A stretch of DNA of 64,000 nt from a virus. Positions within the stretch are counted from its first letter, which is position 1. Every line of letters starts with the position of its first letter. The translations under genes and the position numbers were made by a program. The stretch spans positions 2,453 through 66,452 of the IMG/VR virus record IMGVR_UViG_3300047560_001581, one strand, 5' to 3'. Of the stretch, positions 1 to 8,671 are shown in pieces. The notes under the pieces are model-generated. The model did not search any database. It was not told where the DNA came from and saw only the letters and a program-made list of their open reading frames with translations.

Positions 1-483
1 TTAGACTGTATAGGACCCAAGCTAGAGTATATACGATGCGGGGCTAAATGGGCTGAGATAGAAAAGAATATCAAGACTGTATTTGAGCACAAAGAGAAGC
101 TAAAGCCTAAGATAGGGATAACCGTGAGTATGTTTAATGCCACAGAAGTATTAGATACAGTGAAATACTTGACGGACACGGGGTATATTACATTAGAGGA
201 CATTGCGTTGCACGTGGTCAGACGCCCTGAAATATATAGCTGTCAGATACTACCCAAAGAGATTAAAGAGACTATTACACAGGATGTTAATAAGTTTCTA
301 AGTGAGAATGACTTGCCCTTGTTCTTTAAGAGCCGTTACGAGTACTTTATCAACTATATGAACGACAAGGACACGTATGAGCAACACAAGACTGAGTTCA
401 AGGATATGACAAAGAAATTAGATGATATCAGGGCTGAAAACTTTAATGATATTTTCCCAGAATTAAAGGGCTATTATGATTGA
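1..483 (+). CDS. Radical SAM protein, C-terminal part (5' truncated by window)
   Basis: Frame is open from base 1 (LDCIGPKLEYIRCGAKWAEIEKNI), matching the (S)LDxxGxxxEYIRxGxxW motif of radical SAM barrels. C-terminal LDDIRAENFNDIFPEL is typical of phage radical SAM proteins. The CxxxCxxC motif lies outside the window. Confidence 0.75.
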   Translation, partial: LDCIGPKLEYIRCGAKWAEIEKNIKTVFEHKEKLKPKIGITVSMFNATEVLDTVKYLTDTGYITLEDIALHVVRRPEIYSCQILPKEIKETITQDVNKFLSENDLPLFFKSRYEYFINYMNDKDTYEQHKTEFKDMTKKLDDIRAENFNDIFPELKGYYD

Positions 484-1093
484 TATTAATTTCACTAAGC
501 GAGAGGGTTATAATGTTAACAGTCTCGGATATAGGGCTGTAGAGTTTGACACTGTAGACTGGGCTAATAGCTATATCATACAGGGGTGTTCAGCAGTGTT
601 CGGGCTGGGTATACCTGAAGATGAATTGACTATCTCGGGGCAACTATCTAGAATGATGGATGAACCCGTTATCAATCTGGGTATCAGTGGGGCGGGGATG
701 ATGCTTCAACATTACAATCTATTAGAGATGCTAGAGAGTAATATCAAACCCAAGGGCGTATTCATACTATATCCTAATATGGACAGATATCCTCTATATA
801 CTCAGCACGGGATATTGAACGTAGGGTCTTGGAATTGTGATACTCACTTTGCATGGATGGAAGACGGGAATAGTGAAGTACATAATCTATATGCTATGCG
901 TAACTATAGAATGTTATTAGAATTAAATAATATCCCTCTATATGAAGTCAGTCATCATAAAAGAAATACATTCTGTAAGAGTTTATTCACTAACCATTAT
1001 GACAAGTTCCTAGACTACGGAACTGATGGGCAACACTGGGGTCCGAAGACTAGTAAAATCATTGCTAGTTTATTTTATAGCCAGCTTAAATAA
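476..1093 (+). CDS. SGNH/GDSL-like hydrolase or acyltransferase
   Basis: Block I GCS (IIQGCSAVFG), block II NLGISGAG and C-terminal DxxH (DGQHWGP). Confidence 0.7.
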   Translation: MIDINFTKREGYNVNSLGYRAVEFDTVDWANSYIIQGCSAVFGLGIPEDELTISGQLSRMMDEPVINLGISGAGMMLQHYNLLEMLESNIKPKGVFILYPNMDRYPLYTQHGILNVGSWNCDTHFAWMEDGNSEVHNLYAMRNYRMLLELNNIPLYEVSHHKRNTFCKSLFTNHYDKFLDYGTDGQHWGPKTSKIIASLFYSQLK

Positions 1094-1513
1094 ATCTCCG
1101 TAGGCTTCAATCATGTCTTGATTCAGCTTATCGTAGGCTTCATGTAGAGAATAGATACCCACGTTATCCCAGTCTATCATTACAAACCCATTATCAGTCT
1201 CTATGATATTACTGGGCGCCCAGTCTCCGTGAACATAGGGAAGAGTAGAATATAGCTGCGTGAGACAATAATCATAGATACGTTTAATGTTATACTCAGT
1301 AGCCTCTAGAGTATTACAGGGCGTCCCTTGAATAGGGTTTAAGTCTATAAAACCACCCCCGATCTGATTAACGTATCCGGGCATCAATTCGTCTAGTATC
1401 TTCTTGTGCATAACGAACCATTCGTCCGTTCTGTCCAGATACTTGCGATAGCAACCGTTATCTAACAGATAGGTTACTCGGTTCTTTGATATATTCTCTT
1501 TAATCTTCTTCAT
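1070..1513 (-). CDS. Small APH/choline-kinase-like phosphotransferase
   Basis: Catalytic loop HGDWAPSNII and metal-binding MIDWD; only 147 aa. Confidence 0.7.
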   Translation of the reverse strand: MKKIKENISKNRVTYLLDNGCYRKYLDRTDEWFVMHKKILDELMPGYVNQIGGGFIDLNPIQGTPCNTLEATEYNIKRIYDYCLTQLYSTLPYVHGDWAPSNIIETDNGFVMIDWDNVGIYSLHEAYDKLNQDMIEAYGDLFKLAIK

Positions 1514-1515
1514 AA

Positions 1516-1525
1516 TAAATATTTA
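1516..1525. promoter_or_regulatory. Palindromic bidirectional late-promoter-like element TAAATATTTA
   Basis: TAAATA on both strands within the 13-bp gap between divergent ATGs at 1513 and 1527; resembles the T4 late promoter TATAAATA. Confidence 0.55.
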
Positions 1526-1526
1526 G

Positions 1527-2177
1527 ATGTTAATGCCATATTTACAAAAATACGAGACTGTGGATCTAGGATGGAAGATAAAGCCATGGATTAAGATAGA
1601 CAAGGAACGTATGTTATCTTGGTACAGTGACTTAGAACGTGAGTACGGGGACTGGAAGTTCTCATACGAGAAGCACAAGCATATGTGGAAGCGAGATCCC
1701 GCGGGTAATGGAGTCAATGGGCACATGTTTATGCCCGATACCAGCTGGTATACATTATGTCACAACAGTGATATTAAGGGTCCGTTGCCCCCTGAGCGCA
1801 GTATGAGTATTACAGAGTTACAGGATGTTGATGATAATAAATTAAACCCCCGTGAATGCTTTAAGGGTTACGGATTAGAAGTCATAGAGAACTTACCCAT
1901 CCGCAGTAAGAGAGCATTAGTGAGTATAACAACACCCGGTACTAAACTAGCATTGCATCAGGATCAGCCCGATAAGATTAGATATCATATTACATTAAAG
2001 ACTAACGATAAGTTTAAATGGGTTATTGACGGGGAAGATATTGATATACCCTGCGATGGATGGATATATCTAGTTAATACAACATTGCCCCACTATATTA
2101 TTAACAACGGTACGACAGACAGGGTTAGTATGTACGGGAAAGTATGGACAGAGGAAGTACAGAATTTATGCATATAA
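1527..2177 (+). CDS. AspH-like 2OG-Fe(II) oxygenase
   Basis: HxD (LALHQD), RYHITL, distal His (LPHYIIN) and 2OG-binding Arg (DRVSM). Confidence 0.8.
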   Translation: MLMPYLQKYETVDLGWKIKPWIKIDKERMLSWYSDLEREYGDWKFSYEKHKHMWKRDPAGNGVNGHMFMPDTSWYTLCHNSDIKGPLPPERSMSITELQDVDDNKLNPRECFKGYGLEVIENLPIRSKRALVSITTPGTKLALHQDQPDKIRYHITLKTNDKFKWVIDGEDIDIPCDGWIYLVNTTLPHYIINNGTTDRVSMYGKVWTEEVQNLCI

Positions 2178-2743
2178 TTCCCCTAGACGTTGAGTTTGAC
2201 TTGAATGAGTTAATAGACTATTATAATACCCTAGAACGTGACTATCAGCATTTGAAATGGACATTCAAAGACGATGTTGAAGATGTTGATAGAGGGCATA
2301 AGCACGAAGGGTTATTTGGATGGGGTATTCAGAGTAACTTAAGTGACTTATCTATTCCCTGTCCCCCGTACGATATACACAAAGAACGTACCAAAGTATA
2401 TAGAGACACTGAATTAGTATTTGGGTTTGCTAAGAAGATTATTGATTTCTTTCCGGGCGTCAGACAATTAGGAATAGCAGGGCACCCCCATGGTATTGAG
2501 ATAATGCAACACGTAGATAATGACGAGTATTATAAGATTCACATACCCATTATTACTAACAATCAAGCATATTTTATCTACGGGGAAGAGAAGTATGTCA
2601 TGCAGCCGGGTAAGATGTATTTTGTAGAAACAGAAGAAATGCACGGTACACGCAATGACGGAGAAACTAATAGAGTTCATATGCTGTTTAAATGCACTAG
2701 AGATACAATTGACGCAGTACGGAATATGAAGGGCAAGCTATGA
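2168..2743 (+). CDS. AspH-like 2OG-Fe(II) oxygenase
   Basis: HVD, KIHIPI, HGTRN and RVHM motifs. Start placed at ATG 2168, just before the upstream stop (ORF track start 2144). Confidence 0.82.
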   Translation: MHIIPLDVEFDLNELIDYYNTLERDYQHLKWTFKDDVEDVDRGHKHEGLFGWGIQSNLSDLSIPCPPYDIHKERTKVYRDTELVFGFAKKIIDFFPGVRQLGIAGHPHGIEIMQHVDNDEYYKIHIPIITNNQAYFIYGEEKYVMQPGKMYFVETEEMHGTRNDGETNRVHMLFKCTRDTIDAVRNMKGKL

Positions 2744-3180
2744 ACGTATACGGATATAATAGACAACGATTCATAGAGTTGGGCGTTAATGATGATAATG
2801 TCAACGAGAGTAAAGACTATTATGTGAGTATATTACCCACAGGGGGACCGAAGGGTGTACCAATCTTTAATCAGCAACACACTAATGCTTATACTATTGT
2901 GTTTGATGATGTATTAGAATCGGGTAAGTTCTGGGGCAAAGATATCAATAGATATTATGACGCTGTTGCTATTACTGAGGAACAAGCTAAAGATTTGCAC
3001 TATTTTTTACTGTCTATTCCAGAAGATGCTAACGTGCATATTCATTGTGTATACGGGAAGAGTAGAACAGGGGCAGTCGCTAAGTATCTCAGAGACTATA
3101 GAAACGCAGTTGTCCATGACATTGAATTAGAATATGTGAATGAAAGAGTATATGAGTTATTACATAGAGAACATAACTGA
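2740..3180 (+). CDS. Protein-tyrosine/dual-specificity phosphatase-like protein
   Basis: P-loop HCVYGKSRT (HCX5R) and upstream FDD acid loop. Confidence 0.8.
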   Translation: MNVYGYNRQRFIELGVNDDNVNESKDYYVSILPTGGPKGVPIFNQQHTNAYTIVFDDVLESGKFWGKDINRYYDAVAITEEQAKDLHYFLLSIPEDANVHIHCVYGKSRTGAVAKYLRDYRNAVVHDIELEYVNERVYELLHREHN

Positions 3181-3865
3181 GATTGACCACGATTTTGTAA
3201 TGAATGGGCAGTGGGATGTTATTAAGTTTAATCTTAAACTAAACCCGCAGAAGTTACAAGACTATCTGAATGAATTAAAGACTACCCATAAACAACAGGA
3301 ATTTAACTTCAAAGAACACACTGATGTATTGAATGAGTATACTCACAATAGAGTACAGAACGAGAATAGAGTTAGTAACTACGTAGGTGATGTTACGGGC
3401 TGGACATTAGTATGGCCGATTGAGCGTGACGACCCTATCCCTAGTCAAGTACATATTGACAAGAAACAGTTCCCAGAACTAGAGAAGTATAATCTATATC
3501 ATGACGGGAAACTAATGAATAGATTCAATTACGGATATATGACTACATTGATGGAACAGTTAACTATCAAGTCATTCCGTCAAACTATCGTCACAAAGCA
3601 TCCAAAAGGGTTAGTCACTCTCACACACGTAGACGGGGAGCGCAAAAAGCTACATATTCCGCTACAAACTAACCCCAACGCTATCTTTCACTTTGGGGAG
3701 AACGGGGAAAGAGAATATCACTTCGAAGTGGGTAATATGTATCTAATTAACCCTGCAATACCCCATGGAACGTACAATCACGGGGATGACAGGTATCACA
3801 TGATTTCCCGCATTGATTTTGACTATATGAACACTGTTTTATCAATGAGTGGAACTATTGACTAA
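3152..3865 (+). CDS. AspH-like 2OG-Fe(II) oxygenase
   Basis: THVD, KLHIPL, PHGTYN and RYHM motifs. Start uncertain (3140 or 3152). Confidence 0.8.
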   Translation: MSYYIENITEIDHDFVMNGQWDVIKFNLKLNPQKLQDYLNELKTTHKQQEFNFKEHTDVLNEYTHNRVQNENRVSNYVGDVTGWTLVWPIERDDPIPSQVHIDKKQFPELEKYNLYHDGKLMNRFNYGYMTTLMEQLTIKSFRQTIVTKHPKGLVTLTHVDGERKKLHIPLQTNPNAIFHFGENGEREYHFEVGNMYLINPAIPHGTYNHGDDRYHMISRIDFDYMNTVLSMSGTID

Positions 3866-3868
3866 ATA
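3863..3868 (+). promoter_or_regulatory. Late-promoter-like TAAATA followed by AGGAG RBS
   Basis: cTAAATAtactattAGGAGcattttt ATG(3888). Confidence 0.5.
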
Positions 3869-3887
3869 TACTATTAGGAGCATTTTT

Positions 3888-5123
3888 ATGAATACCACAT
3901 TCTTTTCACAGGTACTTGACGACCCATTATATATTGGGAACGGTGAGTACGTATCAGTCGTAACGAGCGGCAAGGTTAATATCGTAGGGGAAGCCCGTGA
4001 TATTAGCAAGGACGCAGCAGCCAAAGCAGGTCTATTGCGTGTCAATACTAACACAGGCGAGTCTACTTTTATCAACTTTGCTAGCAAGGGAGAAGAAGGT
4101 GACCGTTATCGCGGCGCTGTAATCGTTGACAACAAAGTGTATGTAATGCGTACACAAGCAAATCACATTGACAGTATTGTACGTTTGGTCTGCGTTGACC
4201 TAGCTGACAATAGCGTTGAAATGATTCAGGAGAAAGCAATCAGCGTATCTGGTTCTGTTACTCCAAAGACATTCTGCGGTCACTTTAACTTCGGGCGCCC
4301 TGTAGTAGCAGGCACATCAATTGTTTACCCACCATTGAATTCAGGTATTGTTATTGTATATGACACTATCACACGTACATTCGTATCACATGATGTTCCA
4401 GATGATTTCAGTTCTATTTGGGTAGCGTTTGTTCCTGAACTAAATCAAGCTGTATTCTTCCCATATGGCGCAAGAACAAACAAGTTATTAGTCTTGGACT
4501 TGACTGCAAACACACATAAGTTTGTCGAAGCTCCTACAGAGAATAGCTTCTATTGTGCTTTCAGTCACAACGGTAAAGCGATCGGTGTTCCGCACATCAT
4601 GGGTTCAAAGACTCAAATGTACTTCTGGGTATATGATGGTGAAACAGTTAAGTCTATCGAGTATCATCCTAGCGTTGGTAATGTAGATGGCTCTAACGGA
4701 TTCAAATACGGTTCAATCGACAATGATGTATTCTATACACATACAAGCAGTGACAGAAGCCATGACTTAGTTAAGTTTGACTTGAAGAACAATGAAATCA
4801 CTGTTGTTCCTAGCAACTTAGCATTGGGTTCTAAGCCAATTACAGTTAACGGTAACACGTATTTGTTCCCAAGTATTCTAAACACACGTATGATGGATGC
4901 TCCACAAGGCGTTTACAAGTTAGTAAACGGTCAAATCGTTAAAGAGTTTGAACTACCTACAAACAACATTACGTACGGTCCTATCAATGAGAACGAAGGC
5001 AATGTATTGTTAGTTCCATATAAGTTTGACTTGGTTGACGGTAAGTTGTCTAGTCAATTGACAATCGTAGACTTAGCTAATTCATCTGCTAAGACTATGG
5101 ATGTTATGTTAGAGTTAGAATAA
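3888..5123 (+). CDS. Hypothetical protein, probable beta-propeller
   Basis: Strong RBS before ATG 3888 (ORF track start 3849). Repeated hydrophobic strands ending in D (LVCVDL, IVYDT, LLVLDL, LVKFDL, LTIVDL). Confidence 0.55.
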   Translation: MNTTFFSQVLDDPLYIGNGEYVSVVTSGKVNIVGEARDISKDAAAKAGLLRVNTNTGESTFINFASKGEEGDRYRGAVIVDNKVYVMRTQANHIDSIVRLVCVDLADNSVEMIQEKAISVSGSVTPKTFCGHFNFGRPVVAGTSIVYPPLNSGIVIVYDTITRTFVSHDVPDDFSSIWVAFVPELNQAVFFPYGARTNKLLVLDLTANTHKFVEAPTENSFYCAFSHNGKAIGVPHIMGSKTQMYFWVYDGETVKSIEYHPSVGNVDGSNGFKYGSIDNDVFYTHTSSDRSHDLVKFDLKNNEITVVPSNLALGSKPITVNGNTYLFPSILNTRMMDAPQGVYKLVNGQIVKEFELPTNNITYGPINENEGNVLLVPYKFDLVDGKLSSQLTIVDLANSSAKTMDVMLELE

Positions 5124-5694
5124 ACTCATCACGTTGACGCAAGTATTCGGGGACGTTAACTTTCCAGATACTTTGCTCAACACCATACAACATCATAGTG
5201 TATGGTTTTTCAAAGACGCCACGTTTCATTATGCGTGGCGCCATTGTTTTATCTAGTCTACTACTAGATCCTGCTTTCTTATTATCTACGTTAGTTGTAA
5301 CATAGAACTCTGCATCGGGTTCTATACTCTGAATCAACATAATCTGCATGTACATTAGATATGTAAAGTGTATTCCACTTCGGTAGATATCCATACTGAA
5401 TTCAGGAGTGTATGTGGGTAGTTGTGCCCCTCTGAATAGACAACGATATGCTTTGTCGTTTACTTCGGGGAACTTGTGTACGCCGGCTAGAGATACAATC
5501 TTATCCCCATCTAGTACAACATGAAACTTGCCGTAGGGCATCTGCATCTTGTCTAACTTGATTGCTTTAAAGTCTTTATTGTTTTCCCAGCCTAATTTAC
5601 TGCATTCATCGCAGAATAGTTGTAAGCTAGGTAAATCTGTATCTAATAGTTCTCTTGCTATTAGATTATGACTTCCATGTACTCTTAGTTGCAT
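5104..5694 (-). CDS. GNAT-fold (acyltransferase-like) protein
   Basis: FHVVLDGDKIVSLAGV followed by YRCLFRGAQL resembles GNAT beta3/beta4; divergent. Confidence 0.45.
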   Translation of the reverse strand: MQLRVHGSHNLIARELLDTDLPSLQLFCDECSKLGWENNKDFKAIKLDKMQMPYGKFHVVLDGDKIVSLAGVHKFPEVNDKAYRCLFRGAQLPTYTPEFSMDIYRSGIHFTYLMYMQIMLIQSIEPDAEFYVTTNVDNKKAGSSSRLDKTMAPRIMKRGVFEKPYTMMLYGVEQSIWKVNVPEYLRQRDEFILTLT

Positions 5695-6310
5695 CTTTAA
5701 GTCTATGGCTATATGTTTGAGTTTCTAAGTTGAACACATCACCGGTAGATTCTCCGTTAACATATAGTAACCCATCTTGGTCGAACCCTACTTGATAACC
5801 ATAACTGTTGCGGAAGTCAAACTTAGTCCCGTTAGTTGCTACAAAGACAGGGGGTGGGTTCTCTGTACTACCGTACCAGTTTTGTATTGTCTGCACTCCC
5901 TTTGCTCGTAACATACTAATCATATCTTCCGGTACATCTTGACTGCCCATTATCAAATGTCGAACGCAACTCATATCCAATGTGTCGAAACCCTTAGTAT
6001 GTGATATTAACTCAATCATCTTAGGAATCAATGCTATGACAGTAGGTCTATATTGATTGAATACTCTGATAAATGCGTACGGGTCAAAGTTCATTTGAAT
6101 CAAAGTAGCACCTACTCTATTCGCAGGGCCTGCACTGATGACATGATACCCAATTACGTTAAAGGGAATCACATTTAGAACGATATCGTCTTTAGTTAAC
6201 CCTAATAGTTCTACAGAGATATCCTGTCTCTCATTAATAAACTCTCGGTCGTGGATAACTTCTTTAGCATCAGAAGTGGAGCCGGATGTGAATAGTATTA
6301 GTTTGCTCAT
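5666..6310 (-). CDS. Miniature AMP-binding (ANL/acyl-CoA synthetase-like) enzyme
   Basis: P-loop LFTSGSTSDAK at residues 6-16, YGSTE and TGD motifs; 214 aa. Confidence 0.8.
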   Translation of the reverse strand: MSKLILFTSGSTSDAKEVIHDREFINERQDISVELLGLTKDDIVLNVIPFNVIGYHVISAGPANRVGATLIQMNFDPYAFIRVFNQYRPTVIALIPKMIELISHTKGFDTLDMSCVRHLIMGSQDVPEDMISMLRAKGVQTIQNWYGSTENPPPVFVATNGTKFDFRNSYGYQVGFDQDGLLYVNGESTGDVFNLETQTYSHRLKDATKSTWKS

Positions 6311-6978
6311 AGATTCTTTGTTTTGATAAAGTTGTATAACATGTCTGCTAGCATCTCATGTCCCTTGTCATTCAAGTGATATCTGTCTGTTACAACGTCC
6401 ATGTATGTAGATTCATCGTTAATAAACGACTGTGGCTCAGTGAATATAGTATTCTTATATTCATCTATGACATTGAAGTTGTTTAGATATCTAGAGTAAT
6501 AGAACACCGTAGGGATTCTACGATAAGCTAGCATGTTTTGGAACATGAAGTTATGATAGTTAAACTGTTCCCATTCAAACTTCTCGGATAGAAAGTTCTC
6601 TTGGTACATCTTCATAAAGTCTTTTTCAATCTCATTGTTCTGCCAAGTGTGACTGTCCATCTTAAACTTCAAAACTGTTCCATTCTCATCGTAGTATTCA
6701 CTTACGTCTGCATGGAACTCGTGCTTGTTTCTAGGGAGAGCACTCCAAAATTCTCTGCGCTCAGGGTTTGTATATTGCACGACTAGTAGGTCATTGCTAG
6801 TCAAGTTGCCGTTCATAATAGCGTTAGTAATGTGTCTCCACATTCTGTAATTAGAGCCGATACCTTTTGCTTTGTGGACGTACTCAAATCCTAGATTCTT
6901 TGCTAGATTGCTCCCGTAGTTTCTAGGGCTAGGAAGATTGTCGCTAAAGCTGCATCCAGCTACATATAGTTTTCTCAT
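6307..6978 (-). CDS. SGNH/GDSL-like hydrolase or acyltransferase
   Basis: YVAGCSFS, KGIGSN and C-terminal DRYHLNDKGH. Confidence 0.75.
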   Translation of the reverse strand: MRKLYVAGCSFSDNLPSPRNYGSNLAKNLGFEYVHKAKGIGSNYRMWRHITNAIMNGNLTSNDLLVVQYTNPERREFWSALPRNKHEFHADVSEYYDENGTVLKFKMDSHTWQNNEIEKDFMKMYQENFLSEKFEWEQFNYHNFMFQNMLAYRRIPTVFYYSRYLNNFNVIDEYKNTIFTEPQSFINDESTYMDVVTDRYHLNDKGHEMLADMLYNFIKTKNL

Positions 6979-7826
6979 TAGAACAATACCTTTAATCGTT
7001 TAAGACGTTGGAAACAAGCATTGAATGGCTCATAGTTTGTTACTTCAATTAAATCATCTGGCTGTTTTAGTTCGTTGGGGACGCATAGAATGTTTGCTAC
7101 TGTGCTAGCACCGAATGGGTTTTCTTCTGTTTGCTTATATGTTTCTGAGATAGGCTTTGTTCTACACGCCACCCAATACATTGTGTACATACGTTCTTCC
7201 ATGAATTCATAACATTTTGTCCATACATCCCATTCCATTGCTTCAAACATAACTACAGGACGATATTTACTGATTGTTTTAGTGCAACCAGTTAATGTTT
7301 CTAGTTCATGCCCTTCTACGTCAATTTTGATAAGACTACAACGGTCTAGTTGAACGTTGTCAATGGAGATAGCGTTAACTTCTACTGCACCTGTATCGTC
7401 TTTATGAATGTCACCGTAGTTACCTGTGTTCGCAGGGTCAAAGTCTTTCATTTTGAATTTGAAGTTACGGTCACTTGCGGCAGCATTTACTAGCTGAATC
7501 TGCTCGATCCCCTTACTGTTGTAGCTAGCGACTGCAAAGTGTTTGGGGTTAGGTTCGAAACCCAAAACACTACATCCTACTTCTTTATATACACCAACTA
7601 AGTGATAGCCAATGTTTGTGCCGATATCTACATACCTAGAATTCTTATCTAAGTAACGTTTCATTATCTCTACTTCCGCATGACAGTATTCACCGAACAG
7701 TTTGATGGCTTTGCTGATTACTTGGTCGTTCTTATATACAAGAAATTCACCTACACGTGAATCAGTAAGTTCCAAACTAGGAAGTATGGAATCTAATGTT
7801 GCTTGCAATGTTTCTTCTGTTGACAT
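6978..7826 (-). CDS. FkbM-family SAM methyltransferase
   Basis: DIGTNIG, FEPNP, IKIDVEGHE and RPVVMFE motifs. Confidence 0.9.
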   Translation of the reverse strand: MSTEETLQATLDSILPSLELTDSRVGEFLVYKNDQVISKAIKLFGEYCHAEVEIMKRYLDKNSRYVDIGTNIGYHLVGVYKEVGCSVLGFEPNPKHFAVASYNSKGIEQIQLVNAAASDRNFKFKMKDFDPANTGNYGDIHKDDTGAVEVNAISIDNVQLDRCSLIKIDVEGHELETLTGCTKTISKYRPVVMFEAMEWDVWTKCYEFMEERMYTMYWVACRTKPISETYKQTEENPFGASTVANILCVPNELKQPDDLIEVTNYEPFNACFQRLKRLKVLF

Positions 7827-7874
7827 TTTAAATCCTTATCTATAATTTAGCTGGATTTAAGTATCAGCCAAAGT

Positions 7875-8156
7875 TTATTGGCAAGTTCGTGTAGTTGTGA
7901 TAGAACCGTCTGGATTCACAACTTGAGTCCATGGGCTACAGTTCTGCATCTGTGTGGGTTGTTGAATGACGACTGGTGGCTGTTGATAGACAACTGTTGG
8001 TGGTCTAGCAATCTCATAACCGATTACGCCACCTACTACTACGGGGGCTACCCAGTTCCAGTTACCCCCGCCGCCGTGACGCCAGTAGCCGTGTTGGTGT
8101 GCGAATGCTGATACACATGATAAACTAAGTAGTAACACTAATAAACTTTTCTTCAT
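7875..8156 (-). CDS. Small secreted/membrane Gly/Pro/Gln-rich protein
   Basis: Signal peptide MKKSLLVLLLSLSCVSAFA, glycine-zipper-like VVVGGVIG and a C-terminal Cys pair. ATGA overlap with the upstream gene fixes the start at 8156. Confidence 0.6.
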   Translation of the reverse strand: MKKSLLVLLLSLSCVSAFAHQHGYWRHGGGGNWNWVAPVVVGGVIGYEIARPPTVVYQQPPVVIQQPTQMQNCSPWTQVVNPDGSITTTRTCQ

Positions 8157-8671
8157 TTGTTTTCCTCTATTACGATCCAACCCATTTCAAATAGGTCTTG
8201 TCTGACTTCATCGGTTACAACTGATTCAGAGACATAGGCTTTGATTTTTAGAAAGTGAAGTTTTTCATCTTCTGTCATGTCATCAAACGACTGTTCTTCT
8301 TCATCTATATTCCTAATACCTGAACAGTACCAATCAATATAGTCGCCTTCTTCTCTGATATCTGCTACGATTCCCCCAGCATGACGCCAACTACAACTCC
8401 AACGCTTATCTGTTAGAATTGGGTATACATCATTCTTTTGAAAGTCATTATTACATAACGCGGCATATATGTGTTGAGCATACACAAGGTCCTTACATTT
8501 TTCAATTATTTTCCCATTAGTACGCAAATCATACTCTAAGTTATCTTTTCGCCATTCAGAGGTCTCCTCAAGAGCAAGTTGCTCTTGTTGCCATTTTTCC
8601 ATTAGGTCACGCATAACATCACCTTGCCTATTTCTTCTTTGAAAAGAACCTCTGTCTGGACTACGATTCAT
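8153..8671 (-). CDS. Hypothetical phage protein
   Basis: 172-aa ORF coupled at both ends; WSCSWR and YIDWYCSG motifs; function unknown. Confidence 0.6.
   Translation of the reverse strand: MNRSPDRGSFQRRNRQGDVMRDLMEKWQQEQLALEETSEWRKDNLEYDLRTNGKIIEKCKDLVYAQHIYAALCNNDFQKNDVYPILTDKRWSCSWRHAGGIVADIREEGDYIDWYCSGIRNIDEEEQSFDDMTEDEKLHFLKIKAYVSESVVTDEVRQDLFEMGWIVIEENK

Noticed and set aside
1738-1751. 14-bp perfect palindrome ATACCAGCTGGTAT
   Set aside because: Single occurrence inside a CDS; a few palindromes of this length are expected by chance in 64 kb.
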